Assembly (NCBI GenBank): GCA_903929795.1
Contig: CAIYWC010000179.1
Location: forward strand, 539 to 64,538
DNA length: 64,000 nt
Source: an uncultured Myxococcales bacterium
GTDB lineage: Bacteria > Myxococcota_A > UBA9042
Reading direction: 5' to 3'
The translations under genes were made by a program, and so were the position numbers. A model generated the notes under the pieces. It saw nothing but the letters and a program-made list of their open reading frames with translations. It made no database searches and was not told the origin of the DNA. Shown piece after piece: positions 9,002-17,728 of the stretch; within the stretch, counting starts at the first letter, position 1, and the number at the start of each line of letters is the position of its first letter.

Positions 9002-10612
9002 ATGCCCAAGCTTGGCTTCGCTCTTGCCGCCCTGTTGCTGTCGGTGGTCGCGCTGACTGCGTGCACGGATTGGGACGCAGGCGTCAACGGCAACATCGCC
9101 GTGTCCAACCCGCCGCCCGGCGCCGACGACGTCGATCACACCGGTTTGGTCTGGTGGGAAACGCAAGGCACCAACGAACCGGACGCCACGGGCGCTACCG
9201 ACACCGCGACCGAAGACGCGTCTGCGGGCACCGATGACGGGCTCGTCGTTGAAATTCTGGGTGAAGACGCGACAGCGAGCGATGCAACCGTTTCGGACGC
9301 CAGCGATGGGGCGGCGGAAACAAGCGGGCCCGACGGGCTCATCGCGCCGGACGGCGTGCTCGACGGCGCCAACGCGTGCGCGGGCACGACGCGCCCGATC
9401 GGCTGCGCGTGCGTGAACAGCCAGGAATGTGCCAGCGGCCTGTGCGTGCTGGGCGCCACCGGTCTGGTGTGCAGCCCGACGTGCAAAACCATCGCATGTC
9501 CAAGTGGTTGGGAGTGTTCATCGCCCGCGATGGTCTGCAAGCTCGCTGCCGACGCTGCCGCTGTCGATGCCAGCGCACCCGATGCGGTCGCGGACGACAC
9601 GGCGGTGGATGGCGGGTCCGCCGGCGACACGGCGCCGTTCGACGTCGCGGCACCGGACACGGCGCTGGCTGACGCAGCCGCACCCGACTCCGCGGTCTGG
9701 GACGCACAAGTTTCTGATTTAACTTTGGAAGATGCTGGATCTACCGACGCCCTGGCCGACAGTGCCGACGCGCAAATCGCCGACGGCCAGGTGCCCGACC
9801 TGACGTCCGCTGATGCGGTGAGCGACGCTGCCGCGGACGTCGACACCGACGGCCTGACCGGCCTGGATTGGCAAGGCTACCCGGACGCCGACTTTCCCGC
9901 CGACGCGGACATCTACGGCGGCGCCATCAACAGCTGCCTCAGCCTTTACCTCTACCAGCAGGAGACCTGCGGCGCGAACAACCCGACCGCCGCGTGCATC
10001 GACAGCGTCGCCAGCCAGGGCTCGCTCTACGCCAACTACCTGTTCGAGCCGGTCCGCGCTTGTCAGGACGCCTACTGCGTCGACCTCTGCGCCACGGCGA
10101 CCGACACGACCTGCATGAACCAGTGCATCGGCAAGAACTGCCCCAACCAGTTTTTGTCCTGTGTTTCCAATGACCAGCAAGGCACAGCCGACTGCCAAGC
10201 CACGTTCAGCTGCGCCATGGGCTACCCGGGCAAGCTCTTGACCATCGGCGCCAAATGCTACGCCAACGGCACGCTCGACGCCCAGCTTCAGGTCGGCGGC
10301 TTGATTTCCTGCGAGACCAAGCCCAACACGCAGAGCTGCTTTGCCGCCATCGGCAACTGCTACGACCAGGGCGCCGCGGCGACCAATACCTGTATGCAAA
10401 CAGTAACTTGTACGCAGAATTGCGCCGGTGTCCAGGAATGCGTCTGGCAGTGCCTGGGCAAGGCGTCGCCAACCGGCCGCCAAGCCATCGACGCGCTGGG
10501 CACCTGCATGGTCACGGTCTGCACGCCCAAGTGCAACGGCGATCAGAACTGCCAGAACACCTGCCTGAGCACGGATTGCTCAGCACAGTTCGGCACTTGC
10601 ATGGCGAACTAG
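9002..10612 (+). CDS. Lipoprotein with acidic Asp/Ala/Thr-rich linker and Cys-rich C-terminal domain
   Basis: Lipobox signal peptide MPKLGFALAALLLSVVALTAC. Low-complexity D/A/T region. About 40 Cys in the C-terminal half. No confident family assignment. Confidence 0.6.
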   Translation: MPKLGFALAALLLSVVALTACTDWDAGVNGNIAVSNPPPGADDVDHTGLVWWETQGTNEPDATGATDTATEDASAGTDDGLVVEILGEDATASDATVSDASDGAAETSGPDGLIAPDGVLDGANACAGTTRPIGCACVNSQECASGLCVLGATGLVCSPTCKTIACPSGWECSSPAMVCKLAADAAAVDASAPDAVADDTAVDGGSAGDTAPFDVAAPDTALADAAAPDSAVWDAQVSDLTLEDAGSTDALADSADAQIADGQVPDLTSADAVSDAAADVDTDGLTGLDWQGYPDADFPADADIYGGAINSCLSLYLYQQETCGANNPTAACIDSVASQGSLYANYLFEPVRACQDAYCVDLCATATDTTCMNQCIGKNCPNQFLSCVSNDQQGTADCQATFSCAMGYPGKLLTIGAKCYANGTLDAQLQVGGLISCETKPNTQSCFAAIGNCYDQGAAATNTCMQTVTCTQNCAGVQECVWQCLGKASPTGRQAIDALGTCMVTVCTPKCNGDQNCQNTCLSTDCSAQFGTCMAN

Positions 10613-10857
10613 CGTGCCCGCACCCGCAGGATCTCGCGCCAGATGCGCTCCACGTCCGCCGGGTCCAGGCCGAGTGCTTCGCCGCGCGCGCGCAGCCGCA
10701 GGATAATTTCCGCTTCCCGCCCGACGTCCAGCCGCTTCTCGCCCGACGCCGCCTTGAGCGCCCACGCCACGCGCACCCGGTGGCCGCGCTCCGCCAGCAA
10801 CTCCAGCAGCCGGTTGTCCGTCTCGTCGATCTCCTGCCGCAGCTCGTCCAGCGTCAC
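10609..10857 (-). CDS. Monofunctional AroQ-class chorismate mutase (82 aa)
   Basis: Aligns to the E. coli CM domain with equivalents of Arg11, Arg28, Lys39, Asp48 and Glu52 present (LRQEID...LLAERGHR...ALKA...RLDVGREAEI). The start overlaps the stop of the upstream U32 gene by 4 nt. Confidence 0.7.
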   Translation of the reverse strand: MTLDELRQEIDETDNRLLELLAERGHRVRVAWALKAASGEKRLDVGREAEIILRLRARGEALGLDPADVERIWREILRVRAR

Positions 10858-13436
10858 GGTTGCCCTCCCAACGTCCGCATCGTGCCAGAAGTGACGCCGA
10901 ACTGCTCGTGGACCGCAACTTTTTTGCGCAAATCCGCCGGGGTCATCCGACCCGCCAGCAGCGCCTGCCAGGCCAAGATCACTGCCAACGCTTCGGGTTG
11001 CGACTCGCGGACGAATTCCACGCGAAACCGCCGCACGCCGCGCGCCAGCAGCCCCGGTACCACGCTCGCCGCGCTCTGCGCCTGAGCGTTGAAGACCGTG
11101 TTGCGGCAGCCCACGTCGACAATCACCGGATGCTGCTGCCCGACGTGATCGCGCAGGCTGACGGCATGCGATTCACACGGTCGCCCACATGTGCGAAAGT
11201 CCGCGCCGCGACTCAGCAAATGCGCGTAGACGCAGTGTTCGGTGTGAAAAGTCGGAATGTGATGGTGCACCGTCACCGTCAGCCGCTCCGGCGGCACGCG
11301 CGCGAGCAGCGCCAGCAGCTGCGGCTCGTCCAGATCGTGCGCGACCGTCAACGTGTTCGCGCCCAGCGCCAGCAGGTGGTGCGCCGTCAGCGAATTGGTG
11401 ACGTTCAGCGAGAAATCGCCATGCACCGCCGGGCGATCCAGCGCCGGCAGCTGGGCAAAAGTCATCAACCCGCCCCAGTGCCGCACCAGCACGCCGTCCG
11501 GCCGCAGCCGCGCGATGCGCCGGTCGTAGCCATCCTCGCCGGGCTTTTGCACCCGCACTGTCGCGATCGTCACGCGCAGCCCCGCCGCACGTGCCTTCTC
11601 AACCGCCCGCGTCAGGCCGACCAGCTCCATCCAGTCCAGCTCGACCTCCGGCAGCCCGGCGGCGATCACCGCGTCCAACTGCGCGTCATTGCGGCACAAA
11701 GCCAGCAGCTGCGGGACCGGCGGCGGCTGCCACGGCGTGACTTCGCGGCGCGCCACCGCCGCCTCCACGAGCGCGAGCGCCTGCGGCTGCGGGTCCACCG
11801 CGTGGCGATGCTTCGCCTCCACGGCCGCGATCAGCTCCGCCACGAGCAAGCGCCGCAGCGTCTTGAGCGCCGAAACCGGGAGATGCAGGCCGGGCTGCAG
11901 CCCCGCTGCTTCCAGCGCCACCAAGCGGAACTGCGTCCCGCCGAACGCGCCGAGCTTGTCCCGCAGCACGGCCGGGTCCAGCCCACCCGCGCTCGCCCGC
12001 TCCAGCAGCGCGTCCGTCTTGGCCGACACCGTCGCCTCCAGACCGATCGGCCCGCTCGCGACCAGCGCGACCGTCAACGGCGTCCCGACCGCGCCCGCGA
12101 CCGTCAGCGCCACGGGAATCCGGCCGACCGGCGCCTGCCGGAGCGCTTCGGCGGTCTCGATACCCAACTTGGGATCGCCGGTGAGCCACGCGCGGTCGCC
12201 CACACGCACGCGCGCGAGGTCCGGACCGGGCTGGCCAAAACGCAGCTGCCAGCCGTCTGCCAGCGGTTCCACGGCGAACAGCGGCCCGCCGGGCTCGACC
12301 GACTCGGGCTGGCCGCGCTCGAATCCCACGCCCATGCCGGCACGCGGCGCGTTCGGCGGCATCTGCGGTGCGCGCGGCTTGGCGTCCGATGGCGCACCGA
12401 GCCCCAGGCCGCCGGTCGCCGCACGCTGCTGCGCCCGGACCGTCACCGTGTTGCGGTCCACGGCCGTGACGGCGCCCAACAGCAGCCCGCGGTGTTTGGG
12501 AAAACGCCCCTCGACCAGCGTCTGGTGGTCCGTTCCGCCGAGAAACCCTTGTGAAAATCCACGGCTATAGGACAGCGCCATCTGCGACGCCGCGTCTTCC
12601 AGGCGCGTCGGCGTCGGTCGCCCGGCGAGGCCGTCCAGCCGTTGCCGGTACGCTTTGACCGCCGTCGCGACGTATTGCGCGCTCTTTTGCCGGCCCTCGA
12701 TCTTCAGGCCATGCACGCCGATGTCCGCCAGATCCGCGACCACGTCCAGGCCTGCCAGGTCCAGCGGGCTCAGCAGGTACGCCACGTCGCCCAGCGGCCG
12801 GACCACGTCGTCCACCACGAGCTCATACGGCATGCGGCACGACTGCGCGCACTGGCCGCGGTTGGCCGATCGACCGCCCCACGCCTCCGACGTCAGGCAT
12901 TGCCCGGACCACGACATGCACAGCGCGCCGTGGATGAAGACCTCCAGCTCCAGCGGCGTGCCAGCCGCGAACTGGCGAATCTCGGCGACGGACAGCTCCC
13001 GCGGCACGACGACGCGCGTGCAGCCGAGCGTCTGCGCAAAAACCGCAGCTTCGGGCGACGAAATCGTCATCTGCGTCGACGCGTGCACCTCCAGCGTCGG
13101 CGCCAACGCGCGGGCCAGCAGCGCCACGGCGGGATCCTGGACAATCAGCGCATCCACGCCCGCCGCAGCTACCCCGCGCACGATCGCCTCGACCGCGGGC
13201 AGCTCCGGCTCGAAAACGAGCGTGTTCAGCGTCAGGTAGGCCCGCGCGCCCGCGGCGTGGATGGCTGCGACCGTTTGCGCCAGCATCTCCAGCGAGAAAT
13301 TCGCCGTGCGCGCCCGGGCATTGAAGCCCAGATCCAGGCCGAAATAGACCGCGTCCGCACCAGCAGCCAGCGCCGCGCGCAACGCGTCGTCGTCACCGGC
13401 CGGCGCCAGGAGTTCGGGAAATCGACCTGGCGGCAT
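10854..13436 (-). CDS. Tandem (fused) U32-family protein with two U32 'peptidase'/prephenate-dependent hydroxylase domains, 860 aa
   Basis: The N-terminal U32 domain carries the C-x6-C-x15-C-x3-C cluster (HGALCMSWSGQCLTSEAWGGRSANRGQCAQSC). The second U32 domain (FSLNVTNSLTAHHL...HTEHCVYAHLLSRGADFRTCGRPC) has a C-x14-C-x3-C cluster. Both are TIM-barrel-like and match PrtC/YhbU/RlhA/UbiU-V. Confidence 0.8.
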   Translation of the reverse strand: MPPGRFPELLAPAGDDDALRAALAAGADAVYFGLDLGFNARARTANFSLEMLAQTVAAIHAAGARAYLTLNTLVFEPELPAVEAIVRGVAAAGVDALIVQDPAVALLARALAPTLEVHASTQMTISSPEAAVFAQTLGCTRVVVPRELSVAEIRQFAAGTPLELEVFIHGALCMSWSGQCLTSEAWGGRSANRGQCAQSCRMPYELVVDDVVRPLGDVAYLLSPLDLAGLDVVADLADIGVHGLKIEGRQKSAQYVATAVKAYRQRLDGLAGRPTPTRLEDAASQMALSYSRGFSQGFLGGTDHQTLVEGRFPKHRGLLLGAVTAVDRNTVTVRAQQRAATGGLGLGAPSDAKPRAPQMPPNAPRAGMGVGFERGQPESVEPGGPLFAVEPLADGWQLRFGQPGPDLARVRVGDRAWLTGDPKLGIETAEALRQAPVGRIPVALTVAGAVGTPLTVALVASGPIGLEATVSAKTDALLERASAGGLDPAVLRDKLGAFGGTQFRLVALEAAGLQPGLHLPVSALKTLRRLLVAELIAAVEAKHRHAVDPQPQALALVEAAVARREVTPWQPPPVPQLLALCRNDAQLDAVIAAGLPEVELDWMELVGLTRAVEKARAAGLRVTIATVRVQKPGEDGYDRRIARLRPDGVLVRHWGGLMTFAQLPALDRPAVHGDFSLNVTNSLTAHHLLALGANTLTVAHDLDEPQLLALLARVPPERLTVTVHHHIPTFHTEHCVYAHLLSRGADFRTCGRPCESHAVSLRDHVGQQHPVIVDVGCRNTVFNAQAQSAASVVPGLLARGVRRFRVEFVRESQPEALAVILAWQALLAGRMTPADLRKKVAVHEQFGVTSGTMRTLGGQP

Positions 13437-13469
13437 CAGCGTGGTCCGAAAGTGCGGCGAGCCGTGCGC

Positions 13470-14687
13470 TCACTCATCGCCGGGAGCATCGTGCGCCAAC
13501 GGGGTCGTCGGCAAGCTCGCGGCATCCAACTGCGCAGAAAGACGGTCATTTTCCATCAGCGCTTCCGTCAGCTGGCGGCGCAGCTCGATCGCCTCCGCTT
13601 CGGCCTGATCGTCCAGCCCGCGCAACGCCGCTTGGGCAGCAGCGAGCTCATCGCGCAGCCGCTGCGCCTCGCCATCCGCCGCCGGCCCCGGACGCCCGCC
13701 CCGCGCCGCGCCCAGCTCCGCCAGAAGCGCCTGTTCCGCCGCGGCGTGCTGGCTCTCCATCAGCTCCAGGCGCGCCGTCAAGTTGCGCCGCGCCGCCTCC
13801 GCCTCGGCAAACGCCGCCTGGAGCTTGTCGCGTTCGGCCTCGAGCGCCTCCGCCCGCGCCAGGGCGGCCGCGGTCTCGCCGTGCGCGTCGGACAGATCCG
13901 CCAGCGCCTGACGCCAGAGCGCCGTGCGCGCCTCGACTTCATCGCGTGCCGCCGCCAGCTCCTGCGCCAACTCCACATCGGCGGCCACGGGCGCGGGCTC
14001 CGGCTCTGCAGTGGGTTCAGGTTCCGGCGTGGCTTCCGGCGGCGTCCCGAGCGGCGCGTCCAACGGCACATCGTCGTCAAAGACCGGCTCCGCGTCCGGC
14101 TCTGCGTCCGGCTCCGGCGTCCACGGCGGCGCAATCACGGCTGCCGCCACCTGCGAACCGGAAACGCGAATCTGCACGTCCGCATCCGGCTCACCGCCCA
14201 GCGCAAATCCGGAAGTCGACGCGTTTTCGATGGACGACGGCTCGCGCGGCGGCGGAGGCGGAGGCGGCGGGAGGTCGAGCGGCGGCGGCGGAATGCCCGG
14301 CGGCGGCGGCGGGATCGCGAACGGCGGCGGCGGCGGAATCTCCGGCTCTGCGAACACGACCGGCTGTTCCAGCGTCGCGTCGAGCCCCTCGCGCTCGAAG
14401 CGCAACTCAAACGCGCCGCAGCGAAAGATCACGCCGTCTTCCAGAATCACCGGCACATTGGGGTCAAGGCGATCCGTGAAGTAAAACGTGCCGTTGGACG
14501 ATCCCAGATCTTCCAGCACGTACAGCCCGTCCTGCCAGCCGATGCGCGCGTGCTTACGCGAGACCGAATGGCCGGCGGTCCGGATTTGACACTCCGACGA
14601 GCGACCGACCAGCACATCCTCAGCGCCCGGAGTGAGATCAATCACTTGCGGCTGATTGTTGTCATCCAGATAGTGAATTCGCGCCAC
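13470..14687 (-). CDS. FHA-domain protein with poly-proline linker and C-terminal Ala/Glu-rich coiled coil
   Basis: FHA signature GRSSECQIRTAGHSVSRKHARI...LEDLGSSNGTF. The start is chosen at GTG (MARIHYLDD) preceded by GGAGGA. The upstream part of the 774-aa ORF is Arg-rich antisense noise that overlaps the divergent NamZ gene. Confidence 0.65.
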   Translation of the reverse strand: MARIHYLDDNNQPQVIDLTPGAEDVLVGRSSECQIRTAGHSVSRKHARIGWQDGLYVLEDLGSSNGTFYFTDRLDPNVPVILEDGVIFRCGAFELRFEREGLDATLEQPVVFAEPEIPPPPPFAIPPPPPGIPPPPLDLPPPPPPPPREPSSIENASTSGFALGGEPDADVQIRVSGSQVAAAVIAPPWTPEPDAEPDAEPVFDDDVPLDAPLGTPPEATPEPEPTAEPEPAPVAADVELAQELAAARDEVEARTALWRQALADLSDAHGETAAALARAEALEAERDKLQAAFAEAEAARRNLTARLELMESQHAAAEQALLAELGAARGGRPGPAADGEAQRLRDELAAAQAALRGLDDQAEAEAIELRRQLTEALMENDRLSAQLDAASLPTTPLAHDAPGDE

Positions 14688-14837
14688 TCGGTCCTCCGTT
14701 CGCAGGAGCCTGATTGTCGGGGAGTCTTGCCGTCGTCGCAAGCGTCCAAACTGCGGACTTTGGCGCGGCAACTGGCGCGGCGGCAAATTCCGGTTACAGT
14801 GCCTGCGGACGGCCCGCAACGGAGAGAGACAGAGCCG

Positions 14838-16052
14838 ATGAAACATGCGTATTTTCTGGTAGTTGCCCTCGCTACCGCGCTCGCGCTGCCGGCGCACGCC
14901 GCGGGGGTCAAGCCGGGGATTGAGGTCCTCGTCGACGAGCAGCTTGATCTGGTGCGCGATAAGCGCGTGGGATTGCTGACGAATCCGTCGGCGGTCGATA
15001 GCCAGCTGGTGCCGACGCTGGATCGGCTGCGCAAAGTGGGCGTGGAAGTGACGCAGCTGTACGCGCCGGAGCACGGTATTTCGGCCGCGCTGGCGAACGG
15101 CAAGGGCGGCGACAAAGGCATCGATCCAGGCAGCGGGCTGCCGGTTGAGCCTGTATGGGGCGGCCATTTTGCGCCGAGCGCGGCGTCGCTGGAGCGTATT
15201 GACGTGCTGGTTTTCGACATCCAGGACCTCGGCTCGCGGACCTACACGTTCGCGACGACGTTGGGCAAGTTGATGATCGCGGCGGGCGCGGCGGGCAAGC
15301 CGCTGATCGTGCTGGACCGGCCCAATCCGGGTGGCGGGCTGCTGTTCGAGGGGCCAATGATCGAACAAAAGCACAAGAGCCTGGTCGGCTGGGGGCCGCT
15401 GCCGGTGACGCACGGGATGACGGTGGGCGAACTGGCGCGGTATTACCAGCAAGAGCTGAAGATTAAAGTGGATTTGAAGGTTGTCCCGATGAAGGGCTGG
15501 CGGCGCGACATGGTCTGGGAGGATACCGGGCTGCCGTGGGTGCCGTCCTCGCCGGGCATTCCGCACGAGCTGAACGCGCATTTGTACGTGGCGACCGGGA
15601 TGGTCGGCGGCTGCGGCGCGAATGTGAACGAAGGTGGCGGAAATTCCATGCCTTTTGAGCTGATCGGCGCGCCGTACATCGACCCGCAGAAGCTCGCGGA
15701 CTGCCTGCGCAATGAGAACCTGCCTGGCGTGCTGTTTCGGCCCATGAGCTGGAAACCCCGCGCGGGCGCTCAGTTTTCGGGCAAGCTGGTGCACGGCGTG
15801 CAGCTGGTGCTGACCAACCCGCGGGTCTTCCGGCCGCTCAAGACCGCGCTGGCCATTTTAGCCAATCTTTACAAGCTCTTTCCACAGGAATTGCAGATCA
15901 AAGACCTCGGCAAGTTCGGCCGCGTATGGGGCACCGATCGCGTGCTGGCGGCGCTGCGTGACGGCGTGGATTGGCACAAGATCGAGGAGAGCTGGCAGCC
16001 GGAACTGGCGATTTTTGCTTTGAAACGCCAGAAGGTGCTGCTGTACCCGTGA
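14838..16052 (+). CDS. DUF1343 / NamZ-like exo-beta-N-acetylmuramidase family protein, secreted
   Basis: Signal peptide MKHAYFLVVALATALALPAHA. Conserved GLLTNPSAVD...LYAPEHG...LVFDIQD blocks of the DUF1343 (YbbC/NamZ) family. Confidence 0.7.
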   Translation: MKHAYFLVVALATALALPAHAAGVKPGIEVLVDEQLDLVRDKRVGLLTNPSAVDSQLVPTLDRLRKVGVEVTQLYAPEHGISAALANGKGGDKGIDPGSGLPVEPVWGGHFAPSAASLERIDVLVFDIQDLGSRTYTFATTLGKLMIAAGAAGKPLIVLDRPNPGGGLLFEGPMIEQKHKSLVGWGPLPVTHGMTVGELARYYQQELKIKVDLKVVPMKGWRRDMVWEDTGLPWVPSSPGIPHELNAHLYVATGMVGGCGANVNEGGGNSMPFELIGAPYIDPQKLADCLRNENLPGVLFRPMSWKPRAGAQFSGKLVHGVQLVLTNPRVFRPLKTALAILANLYKLFPQELQIKDLGKFGRVWGTDRVLAALRDGVDWHKIEESWQPELAIFALKRQKVLLYP

Positions 16053-16079
16053 CGTTTTTCGGCGCGCGCGCCAAGGGAA

Positions 16080-17438
16080 TTGCCGATGCCGACACGGTCG
16101 CCCCTGCTGATGATGCTCGCGGTTTTCGCGCTTGTGACGGCGCTCTGCTGGTGGCTGTCGGGCGTGCTGCTGCCGCTGATGCTGGGCGCGGTGCTTGCGC
16201 TGGTGCTCGCGCCGACGATTGAGCGGTGGACCCCGCGCCTGGGGACGCGCGTGCGCGCGATCGCACTGGCGCTGGGCGCGGTGGTGCTTGTGGCGCTGGT
16301 GCTGGCGGCGATCGCCGTGCCGATGATGATCGCGGAAGCGCGGCACTGGACCGTGGCGGTGACCGGCGAGGGCGGCGCGGCGATGAGCGGCATCGATCAC
16401 CCGGTCGACTACGGGAGCTATGCCGACTCGGACCTGACCCAGTGGCAGCCGACGCAGCTTGCCAACGCCGCGCAGACGCGGGGGGCGCCGCCGGAGACGG
16501 TGCATTTGCTGCGCCAGGCGCCGCCGCCGGGCCACGACCAGACGCTGGCAGACGCGCTCGGCGACCGCGACGGCGATGGCCGGCTTGAGCCTGGCTACGC
16601 ACAGCGCCTGCGGTTGCTGCAGCGGGACAGGACCAGCGGCGTTGGCCAGGTGCTGGCCTGGCTGGAGCGCAACGGGGTCCTGCGCGGCGTGCGCAACGCG
16701 GTGCATCAGGCGCTGTCGCGTGAACGGGTGGTCAAGCTGCTCTCGGGGCCGCAGCTGTCGACCGCTGGCGATGTGGGGCTGCGCGTGCTCGGCTCCGTGG
16801 GCGACGTGCTGATGGCGCTGCTGGGCGCGACGATCGCGGCCATCCTCACGCCGATTTATGCCTTCCTGCTGCTGCTCGCCCTGCCCGGCTGGCGGATTTC
16901 GCTGCCCAACTACGTGCCGCACGAACAGCGGGCGGTGGCGCTGCGCGTTGTCCGGCGGATCAGCGAGTCCATCAGCGCTTTTGTCCGCGGCCGCGTCGTC
17001 GTGTGCGCCATTGTCGGCGCGCTGACGGCGATCGGCTGGGCTGTGCTGGGCGTGCGGTTGGGCATCCTGGCCGGGCTGGCTGTCGGCGCGCTGACGCTGG
17101 TGCCGCTGGCGAACGTGATGGCGCTCGTGCCCGTGCTGGCGATGAGCGCGGTCGAGTGCGCAACCGGTGCGCATGGCTGGGCGTGGCTGCTGGCGGTCCT
17201 GGGCGTCTACGCCGTCGGGCAACTAGCTGAATCAATTCTGAATCCGCTGATTGTCGGCGACGCCGTGCAGCTCGACCTGCTGACGATGATCATCGCGTTG
17301 ACCGTGGGCGGCGCGCTTGCGGGCTTCGCCGGGCTGGTGCTCGCGGTGCCCGTCGCGGCGACGCTGCGGATTCTCGGCGAGGAAGTCTGGCTGCCCCGCT
17401 GGCGGGCCTGGGCGGAGCGTCAGCCGGACGCGCCGTGA
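16080..17438 (+). CDS. AI-2E family transporter (PerM/UPF0118) with a ~150-aa inserted soluble loop
   Basis: Multiple TM helices and conserved C-terminal AI-2E blocks (LVPLANVMALVP...LNPLIVGDAVQLDLLTMI). A large hydrophilic insertion follows TM2. TTG start at 16080, or ATG at 16086. Confidence 0.75.
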   Translation: MPMPTRSPLLMMLAVFALVTALCWWLSGVLLPLMLGAVLALVLAPTIERWTPRLGTRVRAIALALGAVVLVALVLAAIAVPMMIAEARHWTVAVTGEGGAAMSGIDHPVDYGSYADSDLTQWQPTQLANAAQTRGAPPETVHLLRQAPPPGHDQTLADALGDRDGDGRLEPGYAQRLRLLQRDRTSGVGQVLAWLERNGVLRGVRNAVHQALSRERVVKLLSGPQLSTAGDVGLRVLGSVGDVLMALLGATIAAILTPIYAFLLLLALPGWRISLPNYVPHEQRAVALRVVRRISESISAFVRGRVVVCAIVGALTAIGWAVLGVRLGILAGLAVGALTLVPLANVMALVPVLAMSAVECATGAHGWAWLLAVLGVYAVGQLAESILNPLIVGDAVQLDLLTMIIALTVGGALAGFAGLVLAVPVAATLRILGEEVWLPRWRAWAERQPDAP

Positions 17439-17728
17439 GCGCCTGGCGGCTGCTGCAGCCCTCGGCGTGTGGCGGGGCTCTGGCGCGCTCGAACAGGCAA
17501 AACGCGATCACGTCACGCACTTTTCAACATTCCGACGTGACATCAAGGTATTAGGCGACATGAGCGGGTCCGCGCGGCGGTGCAAATGCCAAGTTTGTGT
17601 GAATTTATGCGCGATTGCTTGAACCGGCACCCGGAAAACCCTAAAAAGTCGCTTCTTCGGCGCGCCGACGTGGCCAATCTGGGCCACACGTCGTGCCAGT
17701 CCCCTACCTCGAACTTCTGGAGCCTCCC

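Noticed and set aside
12642-14837. 5' 730 codons of the 1,136-aa + strand ORF that ends as the NamZ gene
   Set aside because: Only the final 405 codons, from the signal-peptide Met at 14838, look like protein. The rest is Arg-rich antisense of the U32 and FHA genes.
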